Below are positions 24,464-37,405 of a stretch of DNA of 64,000 bases, one piece after another. Position 1 is the first letter of the stretch. Each line of letters opens with the position of its first letter. A program made the position numbers and the translations under genes. The DNA is taken from NCBI GenBank assembly GCA_001179505.1, contig CDMY01000462.1:7852-71851 (forward strand), read 5' to 3'. The DNA comes from Vitrella brassicaformis CCMP3155 (taxonomy: Eukaryota > Protista > Chromerida). The notes below the pieces were generated by a model. The model worked only from the letters and a program-made list of their open reading frames with translations. It ran no database searches and had not been told where the DNA came from.

Positions 24464-26850
24464 TCACTGTCCCCTCCCGAACGCTCTGTGGAAGGCCTCG
24501 ACAATGTTGGTTGGGTGGGTGGGCGGCACCACCTCTGTGTCGGGCTCAAGCTCCAGCACCAGCTCGTTCCTGACCGCCGAACATCCATCCAGCCATCCAT
24601 CCATCCATCAGAGAGTGGGCGCGTTGCCACCTTTGTGTGTGTGGATGCGCACCTTCTGAAAGGTGCGAGCCATGCGTCGTTTGGGTACCAGGCCCTGCTG
24701 CACTTGCCCTCCAGATTGAAGCCCACCTTGACGTCCCACATCCGCAGCCAAAACCTACCCATCACACACACACACATTTGTATGAATGCATGTGTGCAGT
24801 GCATGTGTGTCTGGTTGGTTGGTTGCCTACAAGGGTTTTCCCTCTCGGTTGCGCTTCACTTTGAGCCCCCTCTTCTGCACCGCATAGAACAGGCCCCTCT
24901 TGATGGAATCCAGCGACCGGCTCTGACCACACACACACACACACACACACACATGCACAGATATACACGGGCACTGGTGTGTCGCCCATCCACGAGTCCC
25001 TCTCACTTGTGGGTCAGAGATGCCGAATGCCGCCGTGACTGCGAGTCTCCTCCTCGGCTGGATGGAATAACGCACCTTCTCGTCACGCAGGTAACGGCGC
25101 AAAGGCCGCACATTGACGTCTGAACACAACACGTACACACGGAGAGGATAACGGACGCAGGAGAGGCGTGTGTCGTGTCGGGTGGGTGTGATGCATGGCT
25201 ACTTGCCTGGCGATGGCATTTGGTCGATGTCGGTGCCGAATGCCGATGGCAGGGGGACCACCCAGGTGACGCGCCTGGCGTCCTGCTGCAGGGGGGTCGA
25301 CAGAGAGATGTTGGCCACGATCTCGGGCTCATCCTGCACCCATCACCCACCCACCCACACACACACGGGCATTGCATCGATCCATGTGCGTCAACAGGTG
25401 GATGGATGGTTCTCACCACGTTGTACTGGTACTCCTGGTCCTTCTTGATCTCGGTGATATACGACCTCCCCGGTGTCATAACCACACGCCACGGCCTGCA
25501 CACACACACACACACACCAGACAGACAGAAAGCATCTCTCCCTCCCTCCCTCTCTCTCTGTGTACCCCACCTCTCCACTGTATAAGGCTCCAGCAGCACC
25601 TCTGCAGGCGCCACATTGACGAACGGCTCAGCGCGCAACCCTCGCTCCCACAACACATGGGTGAAGAAGGCCCGAGGCAGCGAATCGCACTGCCCCCCCT
25701 CCCGCCCCAGTGTCGGGTCAAGAAACTGCCCCTCCAGCACTGCCCGCGGCGGCACGTCGACGACGTCAAACACAAACCGCCTGTGGTGCACTCGGTGCGG
25801 CGGCATCTCTGATCTGGGGCCGCCTTTGGCGAGGGGGATGTGCCATGCCTCGAAGATGCGCGGCCAAATCTGCTCGTAGAAGGTGCGGAGGGGGGTGTAG
25901 GGCGAGGTGTCTTCGACACGAACGATGCGGCCGGTGTTTTTGTTGACGGTGACGTTGGATGAGACGTCGATGGCCACACGGGGGTTGGAGAGATACTGGC
26001 CCAGAAAGAATAGAGGCGACGTGCCGGAAAAGAGGTAGCTCAGCTGGATTGCCTGCTCGTCGCTGGCTGTGGTGGTCTCTGGCTCGAGTGTCTTGACCTC
26101 CAGGAGGGCCACGCGCGCGTCGCCCCAGTAGCTGCCGAGTTCCTTGAGCTTGCTGAACACGGCTGCGCGTGACGAGAGGGGGGATGGCAGGAACTGTGGG
26201 AAGGTCCATGACGCCGACTCGTCGAAGAGGTCATCGACGTATTGCGGCTCCCCGATCAGACCGAAGTTGACTGCATTCTCAAACTCCTTGGCCACACGCC
26301 ATCCTGACACAAGAAAAGATGTGTGCAAGATGTGTGTGTGCCCGTCCCTCCATCCATCTCTCCAGCTGTCTGTCTGTCTGTCTGCCTGTCTTTTCCTACC
26401 TGTGCACTGCGTGTTGCGGTTGAGTGTGGGGTCTTCTCTGTGGTCATACCGCCAAGCCACCGGCGGCAGAGGGATCCGTATCAGCTTGTCGTTGAGCGGC
26501 AGGCCCTCGTTGGGGTCGCCCGATGGCGTCGTGACGAAGGGCACCTCGTCAGGGTCATAGTCCACCACCTCCGGCTCCGGCAGCTTCTCCTTCAGGATGT
26601 CCTCGAGCGACACCACCGTCCCGTTGATGTCAGGCAGGGTCACCAGCGACTTGGGCAGCTTGGCGCGGCTGATGGCCTGCTGCTGCTCGGTGGCCGGGCT
26701 CCCCATCTGCAGGCCAGTCCGCCGCCTCAGTGGCAGCCTGTGGGCCGCCCTGACCGGGTGAAAACCGACTCTCTGCTCCAGCAGCCGAAGGGCCGAGATG
26801 GCGAGAGGCCAGCAGGAGAGGACGAAGCAGATGAGAGATGTGTGGGTCAT
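24464..26850 (-). CDS. SOUL heme-binding protein with N-terminal NTF2/SnoaL-like domain, bipartite (plastid-type) leader
   Basis: MTHTSLICFVLSCWPLAISALRLL signal peptide plus a basic transit-like region. NTF2-like VSSNVTVNKNTGRIVRVED. SOUL N-terminal EMPPHRVHHRRFVFDVVDVPPRAVLE. The spliced C-terminus is WLAPFR|RNELVLELE, ending at TGA 24464. Confidence 0.82.
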
Positions 26851-27350
26851 TGGCGTTGCAGCTGGCCTCCTCCCCCTTGCAGAGCATCCTGGAGCGCTCG
26901 CAGCGTCGGGAGCAGCATGAGCATCACCATGAGATGGAGATCTCGCCTCAGCGCTTCGACGCCTACACACAGCGGAGCCTCCCTCGTCGTGCTCCATCCT
27001 CAGATCCTCGCGGAAAGGAGGGCGCACGTGCGAGCTCAAAAAAGTAGATTGCCGAAAGGAGGAAAAGTGGCCTGGCGATTTGGCGAGAAGGGTGACGAGG
27101 AAGGACCACCACGGAGAGGCCGCACGGCCACAGCGTCGTTCCCTGTCGGCTGCTCGTGACACAAAGCCACTTCCTTCGGCTCAGGCGCGCCATCGTCGTT
27201 CTTCGCCTGCGATAGTGACTGTCTGTCGCTATCGGTGTGTGAGTGAGTCGAGTCGCTGACTTTATCCGCTTCCTCCCTCCCGTGTGGCTAGGGGAGGGGA
27301 GAGAGGCTCAGCACACCCGCACCAGCCATCCCATTATCATCATCGCTACT

Positions 27351-29187
27351 ATGTCGACGTCCGGCGAGGGCGCCGTGTCGATGAACGAGTCGTCGAGCTC
27401 GTCGTCGTCGCAGCACGTGAGTGACGGGTTTGACGTGGAGGCGCAGGAGACCGACCCGTCGTTTGTGCCGTCGCTGGCCAAGGTGCTCACGCACCTGATA
27501 TCGATGAGCCAGCCAAACACCGGACAGGTGAGATAGATGGGACCAATGGACGGGGGAGGGAGGGAGGGAGAGGTCGTCGGTAGGTGGCCACTTGATTGTC
27601 CTGTGTCTGTGCGTCTGGTGCCTGTGTGTGTGTAGGTCACTCGTTTTCACGCCATCAAGGCCCCTTCGATCAGCATACACGAGTACCTTACCAGGTGACT
27701 AATCCAGCCATACATCCTGCCAGGACACACAAGGCAGGGGCGATGGGTGGATGGGCTTCTTTCTTTGCTGTGTGTGTGCACAGGATCGCCAAGTACTTCG
27801 GTTGCAGTTGTGAGTGTTTCGTCTTGTCTCTGGTGTACATTGACCGGATCGTCAAGCTGCACCAGGACTTCTGCGTCAATGCCCTCAACATACACAGGTA
27901 GCCAGTCAGGACAACACACACACCACACACATCACATACACGATCCTTGCCCATCGCTCGTGTGTGTGTGTGAGTCAGGTTGTTGGTGACGAGCATCACC
28001 TTGGCAGTGAAGTTCTTCGATGATCAGTTCTACAGCAATGCCTACTATGCCAAAGTCGGCGGCGTCAAGACCAGGTGACACAGGCGATGGATGGATGGAT
28101 GCACGAACCAATGGCCAGCTGAGCAGACAGACAGAGGGACATGAGTGTGTGTGGTGTGTGTGTCGTGTGTGTGGTCACAGGGAGATCAACGTGTTGGAGG
28201 CGCATTTTCTGGCGCTGATCAACTACCACCTGTTCGTCACGCCTCAGGAGTACGACCAGTATAGGAACAACGTGCTCATGGCGGTCAACGCAACGGTCCG
28301 CAACCACACACACACACACACTGTGCCTGGATACACTCTCATTCTCCGCCCATCTGTTCTCTCTCCCCGGCAGTCGGTGCCGCGTGCGATTTCCGACAGC
28401 GCAACGGCCGAGGGTGCTGAGGGTGAGGGCGATGCCGAGTCCATCCGTGGAGACGACGCATCACACGACCGCCATGAGCATGACCATGAGGAAGCGCATG
28501 AGAAGGATATTGCGGACCAAGATGGAGGGGAGGGAGAGGGGGAGGGGCAGGGTGAGGGGCAGGCCGTGGCCCCTAGCGCACATCCCCACCCACACACACA
28601 GCCATCGCACAGCAGCAGCGGCGGTGACAACAACACATACTACAACTCGGCAGAGGCGGCCGTTGCCATGGACACAGACATTCCCCACCACCCCAGCCAC
28701 AGCCACAGCCACGCCCCCCCCCACCACCACGTTCCAGCCAGCCGCTCCCAGGTGCCCAACTACCCCTCCCACGCCCATCAGAACGGCACGAGCTACCCCA
28801 GCCACCCCTCGTCCGTCGAGACCAGTGCGAGCAGCGTCTACGGCCAGCAGGGCAGCTGCCAGGGGCCGCGGGCAGCCATGTCAGTGTCGGCCTGCGAGGC
28901 GTCGTGCAGGCCACAGGTGGGTGGGTCGGTGGGTGGGCAAAGGGAAATCCGACACGCGGCCGGCACACAGCGGAGAATGCATGTGACCATTCTCCGTTTT
29001 GCGTGTGTGTGTGTGTGTGTGTGTCCTACAGGTGGCACCATCTGACCCTCTCTGTCGCCGGAGGAGCGTGCCCCACGGCCATAGCGCCCCCGCAGCCCAG
29101 GAGCCCTCATCCCACATGAGTATGAACGGCCCCATGCCCGCCGCCGGCCAGACGCAGGCGGCCGTCGTCCAGATGCATGTCTGCTAG
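27351..29187 (+). CDS. P/U-type (PHO80/CYC2-like) cyclin with His/acidic low-complexity tail
   Basis: Spliced cyclin box: [19 protein letters not shown]|[21 protein letters not shown]...NIHR|[29 protein letters not shown]...|EINVLE...INYHLFV. Confidence 0.95.
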
Positions 29188-29189
29188 AC

Positions 29190-29609
29190 AGACAGACGGG
29201 CCGATGGGTGGAATGGGGGGAGGGAGAGGGGGGAGGGTCGGTGAGGTATGGCTGCGTGCATCAGCCCGGCCAGCCAGCCGTCCACGGTATCCTCTGATCG
29301 TATTGGGTTCGATTTCTGTTCTCTCATCGCTCGTTCGTTCATCCATGTGTGTGAGTGCTGTGTGGTGTACTGGGTGGCGTGGCGGCGTGAGGCAACCGAT
29401 CAGACTTGCCTCGTGTTTTTCGTGGGCGGCCGGACGGAGGGACGGAGGCGATGGATGGATGTCTTGCGTGCATACGTTCGTTCATTCTCTGTCTCTGTCT
29501 GCCGCCCGGATGCCCCGCTCCAGCCAGCTTTGCTTGCTGCTGAGGGATCTCTCTGTCTCTCGGGTCAAGTGATGTCATGTGATGATGTCATGGATGGATG
29601 GATGCATCC

Positions 29610-29644
<35 letters not shown>

Positions 29645-32600
29645 GATGGCACGGTGACGTTTTGGAGGCCATGATGAGTACTCGAGAGTGCAGTCACCGA
29701 CTGACCCGGAGGGAGGGAACGAGGGAGGGAACGAGGGGAGGGACCTCACCCGTCGCTTTGTGCTGTGTGTCCGTGCGTGTGTCTCTGCGTCTGCATGAGT
29801 GTCTGTCTGGTGGTGGTGGTGGTTTGGATGGATGGATGGATGGACCTGCCTGCCTGCCTGCCTGTGAGTCTGTCCGCCGGTTGGCTGCTCAGAAAACAAG
29901 AGGGAGGGCAGGGCAGCGGAGGGGAGGAGGGGGACGACACACGGATTCTGTCCGTCGTGTTGGTCGTGTATAGCCTCTAGGCTAGTTGTTACACACACAC
30001 ACACACACACACATGTTTTGCACATCCATCCATCCACCCACTGGTCGAGGTCTTTGCCTTTTTTCGTTTGCAAGCCGCCACCCACCGACCCACCGAGCTC
30101 TCCACTCTATGTGTGTGTCTGCGCAGTGAGCCGCCAGTGTGCGTGAATGAGTGTGAGAGTGAGAGGAGTGTGTGTGCACCTTTTCCTCTCCTGGCTTCGT
30201 TGCCTGCCTGCCTGCCTGCCGGGGTGATGGGAGTCTTCGTATTGACTAGTCGCCAAAAGGAGAGGATGGATGTCTGCGTGTGTCTTGTGCCTTTTGTCTG
30301 TGTGTGTGTCTGTCTTGACGCCTGTTTGCCTGCCCGTTGGTCGTCCGTCTCTATAGAATGGATCTGTATCTCTGTGTGTGTGTGTGTGTGTCAGTCACGT
30401 CAACCTCACTTGTATATTATGCTACCACGGTCGGCTTCCGTCCACTCTCTCTCCTTGCCTCTGGGGCGGCTGTGGCTGTGGTGGTGGTTGTGGTTGGAGT
30501 GGGTCAGGGGGGCGGCACACAGTGCTTGCGTGTTTGCCATGCAGGGGGGGATGGGAAACCCACCCCCTTGTCGCTGCGTGGAGACACTCACATGGACAGA
30601 GGGGAGACAGACAGACAGACAGACAGCAGTGAGTGCCGGTGCCTCTTTCTCCCCACACAAAGGAGGCCCACTACTTACCCACCCACAGCCCACACCCACT
30701 CGTAGAAGGAGAGATGGATGGATGGATGGATGGGTGGGTGGATGGACTTCTCTTGCTGCGGTTTAAAGGACGGTCGATATTCGTCTCGTATCGCCTCGTG
30801 TTGGTTGGTTGGTTGGCTGTGGTTTTACGTACCCTTGGATGACATGAGTCCACACATACATACCTGCACACACACACATACTTGTGCACGAGATCGATGG
30901 ATGGGTGGGAAGATGATATTTGTGGAGGAAGGACCGACCGATGGATGCCTGGCATGGCATGGCATGGATATGTGTAAGCGGGTGGCGCACTCGTCTGCGT
31001 GCAGACCATGCAGACGAGCGCGTGTCGGTGGATGGATCGATGGATCGATCGTATGTTTCAATCAACCCATGGCCATGATCAATGTCAATCAGTGTGAGAG
31101 GGTGCGACTGAGAGAGAGAGAGAGAGAGATGTCCAAGAGAGCCTTTCAACTAACCTGAGCAGACAAGTCAGAGAGAGAGAGAGAGACCCACACTGACTGG
31201 CAGGGCAGGGAATCGAGAGACGACAGAGAGAACCCCCGCCCCGGCCCACCCCACACATAAGACACATATGTCTTCGTTCCCTTTTTGTGTACTCCTTACT
31301 GGTGGTGGTGGTGGTGCGTCCAGGCAGCCTGAGGCACCTGACTTGACAGACAGACAGTCAGACAGACAGATGTGCATCATTTTTTCGGACACTCGAATGT
31401 CCTTTTGTGCCTTCCCACGTCTGCCTGCCTAACTGCCTGACTGCCTGACGGCCTGCAGCCGGCCTGGTGAATGCCCGCAGACACAGACAGAGAGAAAGAG
31501 GAGAGAGAGAGAGCAAGGCAGTTTTGCTGGCTGCTGTGTTGTGTGTTTGTGTGTTGTGTCCTCTATGTAATGTCTATCATGTGTAGTGGTATACGGGCCG
31601 TCCATTCGTTCGTTCGTTCCTTCGTTCGTGGTGTGATGTGACGTGGTGTGATGTGATGCGGTGTGATGTGCATGGGGATTTTCCTGCCTCCTCCTTCTTC
31701 TGCTGCTGACTGCGTATCACTCACTCACTCACACACCCACTCAGTCACTCGCTCACCGTCTGTCTCTGTATCTGACAGACTGACTTGCCCACTACACTCT
31801 CGTGGATCTTCCCTATCCTTGTTTTGCCCTCATTGCCGGTGGTCTCCCTGCCTCCCTCTCTGCATCAGTGAGGCCGTCAGTTGCTGCCCATCCGCTCAGC
31901 CGTCCGTCCGTCCATCTCTCTCTTCATTGCCTTCTATTCTGCCCAGCCGCCCTGTGCCTCTCTGAGTGTGTTGTGGTTTCTCGGGGTGCAGCGTGGTGGG
32001 TCGTGTGTGTGTCGCCTCTCACCCAGATGTGACACTTACATCGTCCAGGGCGAAGTGACCGTAGGGATCTCAGCACTAACTGGTCAGCAGTCAGGTGTGA
32101 CGAACAGCCGACTTGCCAAGTGAGACCAGGCAGGATTAGACAGACAGAAACAAAGCCCTTGAATGAATGGATGACTGATTGGGTCATGTGTCGGTGCTTC
32201 CTTACGCAACACACCATGGATGCTCTGCAATGAGCATGTGACGCTGCTCACTCTGCAGGGCGTCTGTGAGGGGTGGCGGAAGGAGGCACCGATCGACCCA
32301 CTGACCGACGAACTGACAGACGAACTGAACAGACAGACAAACAGACAAGAAAGGGCACGAGTATGGGAGCAGTGGTGGGCTACGATTTGCTGGCTTGACC
32401 TGAGTGAGACATGCGCCGTGGTGCCTCTTTTTCGGATGGCCGTTTTGCTTGCTTGGCTGCTCGTTCGTGCGTGTGCGCGAGAGTGTGGCTGCCCACGTCG
32501 TCAGGTCAGTGTGTCTGGCAATTTTCTCTGTATTATGTCTGGCTGAATGGCTGGCTGGCTGGTCGATGGATGATCGGATGGATGGATGGATGAATCGACG

Positions 32601-34170
32601 TCGACGAACAGTTTTCACCGTTTTGCTCGCAATGGAATGGGATGCACGCACTGCCTCATGCCAGTGCCCCTGCGATCGACTGACTGACCGGATGTGCACA
32701 CACACACAGACGCATTTATGTACCTGCCGTACGACCGTCTGTCTGTCCTCTCGCCGTCCACATCCACACGCCCACCGCCCTCCCCGCATCCACATACACC
32801 ACACCACACCTGACCAGAGGGGCGTCACATCGTCGTCTTTTTTTTCTTTGCTGTGGCTTGATCTTTAGCCTTGACGCGAGAGAGAGGGGGAACGAGGGAG
32901 AGAGGTGCCACCATGTTGTGGGGTGTGGCCTCGGAGGTAGTGACGCATGGGACAAACCTGGCCAGAGGCAGGTAGTCTCTTGCGTAGCTACTTCCGGGCT
33001 CACACACTCACTCTCTCGTTGGCACACACATCACATCCAGCGATATCGTGGCGACACACGACAGAGGAGAGGGGAGGGAGGGGGGGCCATCTGCTCTTCC
33101 ATCCATCCATCCATCCATCTGGCGCTGATGCACTCTCTCTCTCTCTCTGTTGGATGCCTTTCATACGTCAAGTGTAATGCTCTTCTCGGCTTGTGCTGGT
33201 GGTGGTGGTGCCTTCCCCCACCCCACGTCGATCGCACTGTGTCTACTGTGTCTGTCTCTGCCTATCCCCTTGCTGACCTGCTTTCTCTCTGCCTCTGCTG
33301 CTTGCCGTTCTTCGGCTGCAAACCAAATCGGTCGACATCGCTCCATCTCTCTGTTGATGGGGTCTGCCTGCCGGTTTGCGGCCAGTGGAGTGCACGAGAA
33401 TTGGAGAGAGTTTGAGAGAGAACAGAGGGAGGGACGTATGTGTGTGTGTGGATGGATGTGTTGGCTGACCAGTGGGGTGAAATCTGTGTATCGCTGTCTG
33501 CGGATGGACCTGGTGCGTTGACTCGTTCCTGCGTTGTGTCGTCAGTGAATGGATTGTGTGTGTGTGTCCTTCCCGCGTCGCACTCAGCTGCGCACCACAC
33601 ACGTGGAAGAATTGCATTCGCACACACGCAGCATTGTCATGTCTACCACTCACCACACCCACAGCCGTGGCCGTTCCACGCCAGCCATTCTATGCAGCCA
33701 AACGACCTGTTCTACCTCACCTGTACGACAAAAACCTGTTGGTTGTCTCATCTATCTACCATGCAGCCCAACATGGTGGCCACAACCACACCCCACACAC
33801 CATCACCACACAGCCAACCAGCCCGCTTAGAGTTTGTCTCGTCTCTCTCCGTCTAAGCGCAGCGCAGCACACCCGTGCAGTCAATCTGAGCATGGGTGTC
33901 ACAAATACGGCCGCATCGCGTCCCTCTGCTGTCTGCCGCCGTGCCACTAACTAATTATGTGATCCGTCCGACCTGACAGCACCCTCACGGACCTGACTAA
34001 ACCCTCATCTCGTCGACACGACTAGACAGAGTGCGATAGACAGACAGACAGACAGACACACAGACCGAAAGGACCCTGGAGAACCTTCCTAAATGCACTC
34101 GCACCCTCTGTCTCATGTCACACAACAAAATAATGTGTGAATAGATACTTCGGCCGGTGCTGAGACCCGA
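29190..34170. repeat. Microsatellite-dense, apparently gene-free interval
   Basis: Dense (GATG)n, (CA/GT)n, (GACA/CTGT)n, (GA/CT)n and (CCTG)n runs. ORFs in the track translate to repeat-derived residues (HT, CV, DGW, QTDR). Confidence 0.7.
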
Positions 34171-34179
34171 CAAATCGAA

Positions 34180-36605
34180 TCAGCCCTCCGGCTGCGCGCG
34201 AATGCTTTCAGCAGTGTCTGAAAGAATGAAAGAAGGGAGAGGTGGGCACACAAGGGAAGGGATACGTTGGTGACTGAATGAATGGCCTGCCTGCACCGTA
34301 GCGTGTGCACCTTTGTTCGCCTTGAGAGACGCCAAGGCATAGTCAGTGGCCATGTCGTTCAAGGCCGTCTCGTTGCGACCCAGCAGCTCGAACACAGTAG
34401 GAATCAGATACCGATGACGATCGACCTGCAGATCAGATGTATGTATACTCAGTGCTGATCAGCGGCTGCCTGCCCCACGGTGGTTGTGTACCCAGTCTCT
34501 TCCGGCAGGGATGTTGACACGATCGGGGCTGACGCACAGATACATCAGGTCATGCAGCACTTGCTGCAGTGCACACACACAACAACCAAAACAGGGAGGG
34601 GGACACACACACACACACACAGAGGCTCGTTCGGTGGGCGGATCGGTGAATGGTTGTTCTGGTCGGGCTCACAGACGTACAAAGAGGACAGGCTTGGGCA
34701 TCTCGTCGATGTCCTCCTTCTTGATGTTTTCCATCCCAAATGCCACCGACAGCACATCCCAGTGCTTCCGCAGCACCCCCTCTCCAAACACCTCTCGAAG
34801 CCGCTGAACCTGCGGCAGCACCTTTCTCTCGGGTCCGTCAAGGGCCGCCGTCTCGGTGTAGCTCACAGAGGCCAGGCCGGCCTTCATGAGGCCCTCTGAG
34901 AAACACAGCTCGGTCTCATCCTTGGACCAATCCTTCTCGAGACGAGGAATATCGACCTGCATTGACAGGGAGGGGGTGTCTGTCTGTTGTCGTCTGTGGT
35001 CTGTCTTACGATTGTGGTGAATCCGTCCTTCTGGTTGTCGGCGTACACCTGGCCGAGCATGAGCAGCTTCCAGACGAACACAGACAGACACGTCGGCATC
35101 TTGGACGGTGAAAAAAGGGGGTTCTCATCATCATCATCGTCGTCTTCATCTCCACCAACCAACCAAGAGAACGACCACACACCATGCATTCTCACAAAAG
35201 AGCGAACGGCTCGCGTCACGTGCAGTGCATCAATCATACCTTGGCCAGCAACAGCGCTCATGCCCAGCACCTTGCCCGTGTTGCGGTCGACGGTGGGGCC
35301 GCCAGACATGCCGAAAGGGATGTAGGCGTCGTGCGGCAGCATCACGCCATTCTCGATGTGGCAAAGGGCACCTGATACATACACGTACGGGTGAGGGAAA
35401 TTAAGTGGCATACCATTCCTAGACTGCCCCTCACCCTTGAGTGTGCCGCGAAGGGTAGCCGGCCCGTCGTAAGGGCTGTACGAGAGGCTGTCCTCGTTAG
35501 CTGGCAGCATGGAGCCTGTGTTGGCCAGGTAGCCCATCGCCACGATCTCGGTGCCCTCGATGGCCTCGTGTGAGGCGTCCCCCGCGACAAACGGCTCGGG
35601 GACAACGCCACCCAGCTTCTCACTCACATACTGCTTGTACGCCTGAAGTAAGATGATGGAAGGAGGAAAGAACTGCCTGCCTGCCTCATGTGTGGATCGT
35701 CGACTTACGTCGAGTGAGTATGGCTCTTGGAGTTTGATGAAGGCCACGTCCCACGTGGGGCACTTCATGACCACACGGCCCATTAGCTGCAGGGCACACA
35801 CGCCCACCAAACCACAGCAAACCACATCAAACCACAGCATCAGTGGGGTGTGAGCGACGAGCTGTCATCCCTCTGCCCGTCCACATACTTACTGTGCTGT
35901 TGGTGACCGTCGACTGGAGTATCACATAATCTGTCATTCATGCACACAGCGCAGCCACGTACCTCATAGGTCTGATCCGCCGTTCTTTCTCCTCTCCCCC
36001 GTCTACCCTCCTGGCTGACCTGACCTGTATCAATGACTTTGTCGCTTCGCGTGACGAACAGCGGCTCATGAGGCCCGTCCAGCAAGAAGGTGGAGGCGAG
36101 AAGATGGGCTGCACACACACAAAGAGGGACAAGTGAAAGGACGCCACGCCACCCATCATCACTCCCCACCCACCAGATGTGTTCACTCACCTGCAGGGTC
36201 TCCGAGCAGCCCGGTCGGCGTCTCATATGGGTGTGCGGGAATCATCCGGAAGATGGACGCCTGCAGGGGCAGCGGCACGTCGTCCAGCCCCCTCGCGTAC
36301 TTGCCCGTCAGCTCATCCACCATCGGCCCCGACCATTCCATGAATCTCATTTCATTCAATGACGTCCACCCAGGGGCCGCACGCCGCCCCCCTGCCAGTG
36401 TGTGGTGTGTGGAAGCAGCAGGCTCCGCGACAGCAGGTGGGACGAAGGACAGCGTGCGTCGCAGGCGATGAGTCGGGCGGTCGATTCCCGCCAGAGGTGA
36501 AGCGAGAGGCATCTTGAGGTGCCCATAAGGCTGCCAGGCTGAGGTAGGACGGCACGAGAGGCTAGCGGTAGATGCGATGAGGAGAAATCCGACGAATGAC
36601 GACAT
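34180..36605 (-). CDS. Trypsin-like (S1/HtrA-type) protease-fold protein with signal/transit leader and unrecognised C-terminal domain
   Basis: MSSFVGFLLIASTASLS leader. ASTFLL...LFVTRSDKVI in the His region, TWDVAFIKL in the Asp region, and FGMSGGPTVDRNTGKVLGM in the Ser region. Later exons splice in frame to DTAESIRAQPEG* at 34180. Confidence 0.8.
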
Positions 36606-37405
36606 ATTTGCGAACGAAACGGGGTAGATCTGCTCCAGATCTTCGGCAGATGGACAGATCAACGACAGATCTTCCCTTCTTCGGGACAAGTCTGAGTGCG
36701 AGCTTGAAGCCAATCTCATGGTTTGCCTGGGGAGGCCCCTACTCCGCTGTCTTGTGTGAGAGGCTTGTCGCATCTGGATGTCCGCGCAGCCACGAGCGAT
36801 GGGCCGCAGAGGACCATCAAGTTCAAGCTGAGGCTATCCGGTCAGCCACAGCACCTATCGATCTGCCGTGCGTGACGTGATTCGATTCAAACCAAGTATA
36901 TTCAACACGTATGCATGCATGGCTCTGAACCTATGAACGATGAATACAGCCACTGCTTAGGTCGTGTGCGGCACCCTTGCATGCCTCCCAGTCACTCGGG
37001 CGGCTGCCTGTTTCTGAGAGCAACACATCTGTCTGTCTGTCTGTCTCTTCTCTGTTTCATTCATTTCGCTACATTTCGCCACATTCGCGAGTCGTCCTCC
37101 CTCCCTTACATCCGTAAGTGTCCTTCATTAATTCTCCACGAACGAACGCGAAAAACTACAGTGCATACCAAACATGTTCTTTCCTTTCTCATGCGACCGA
37201 CGCAAAAAGTGGCGGCCCGCCAAAACATACGACCGACGTCCTGCTCATTGCATGTCGACTGACCTAGCCACCCACCTATATATGTGCTGGCTGGACTACA
37301 CATCTACCACCCACCCAGCCACCCACCCATCCAGCCACCCACCACACGGTCTGACTGTCTATCTATCTCGAGCTCACGGCAGACTTGACCCGCATCCCAG
37401 GTCCG

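Noticed and set aside
25003-27162. 719-aa ORF as a single-exon gene
   Set aside because: It reads through in-frame introns (QADRQTD, CVCVC translations). The real gene is the spliced SOUL protein starting at 26850.
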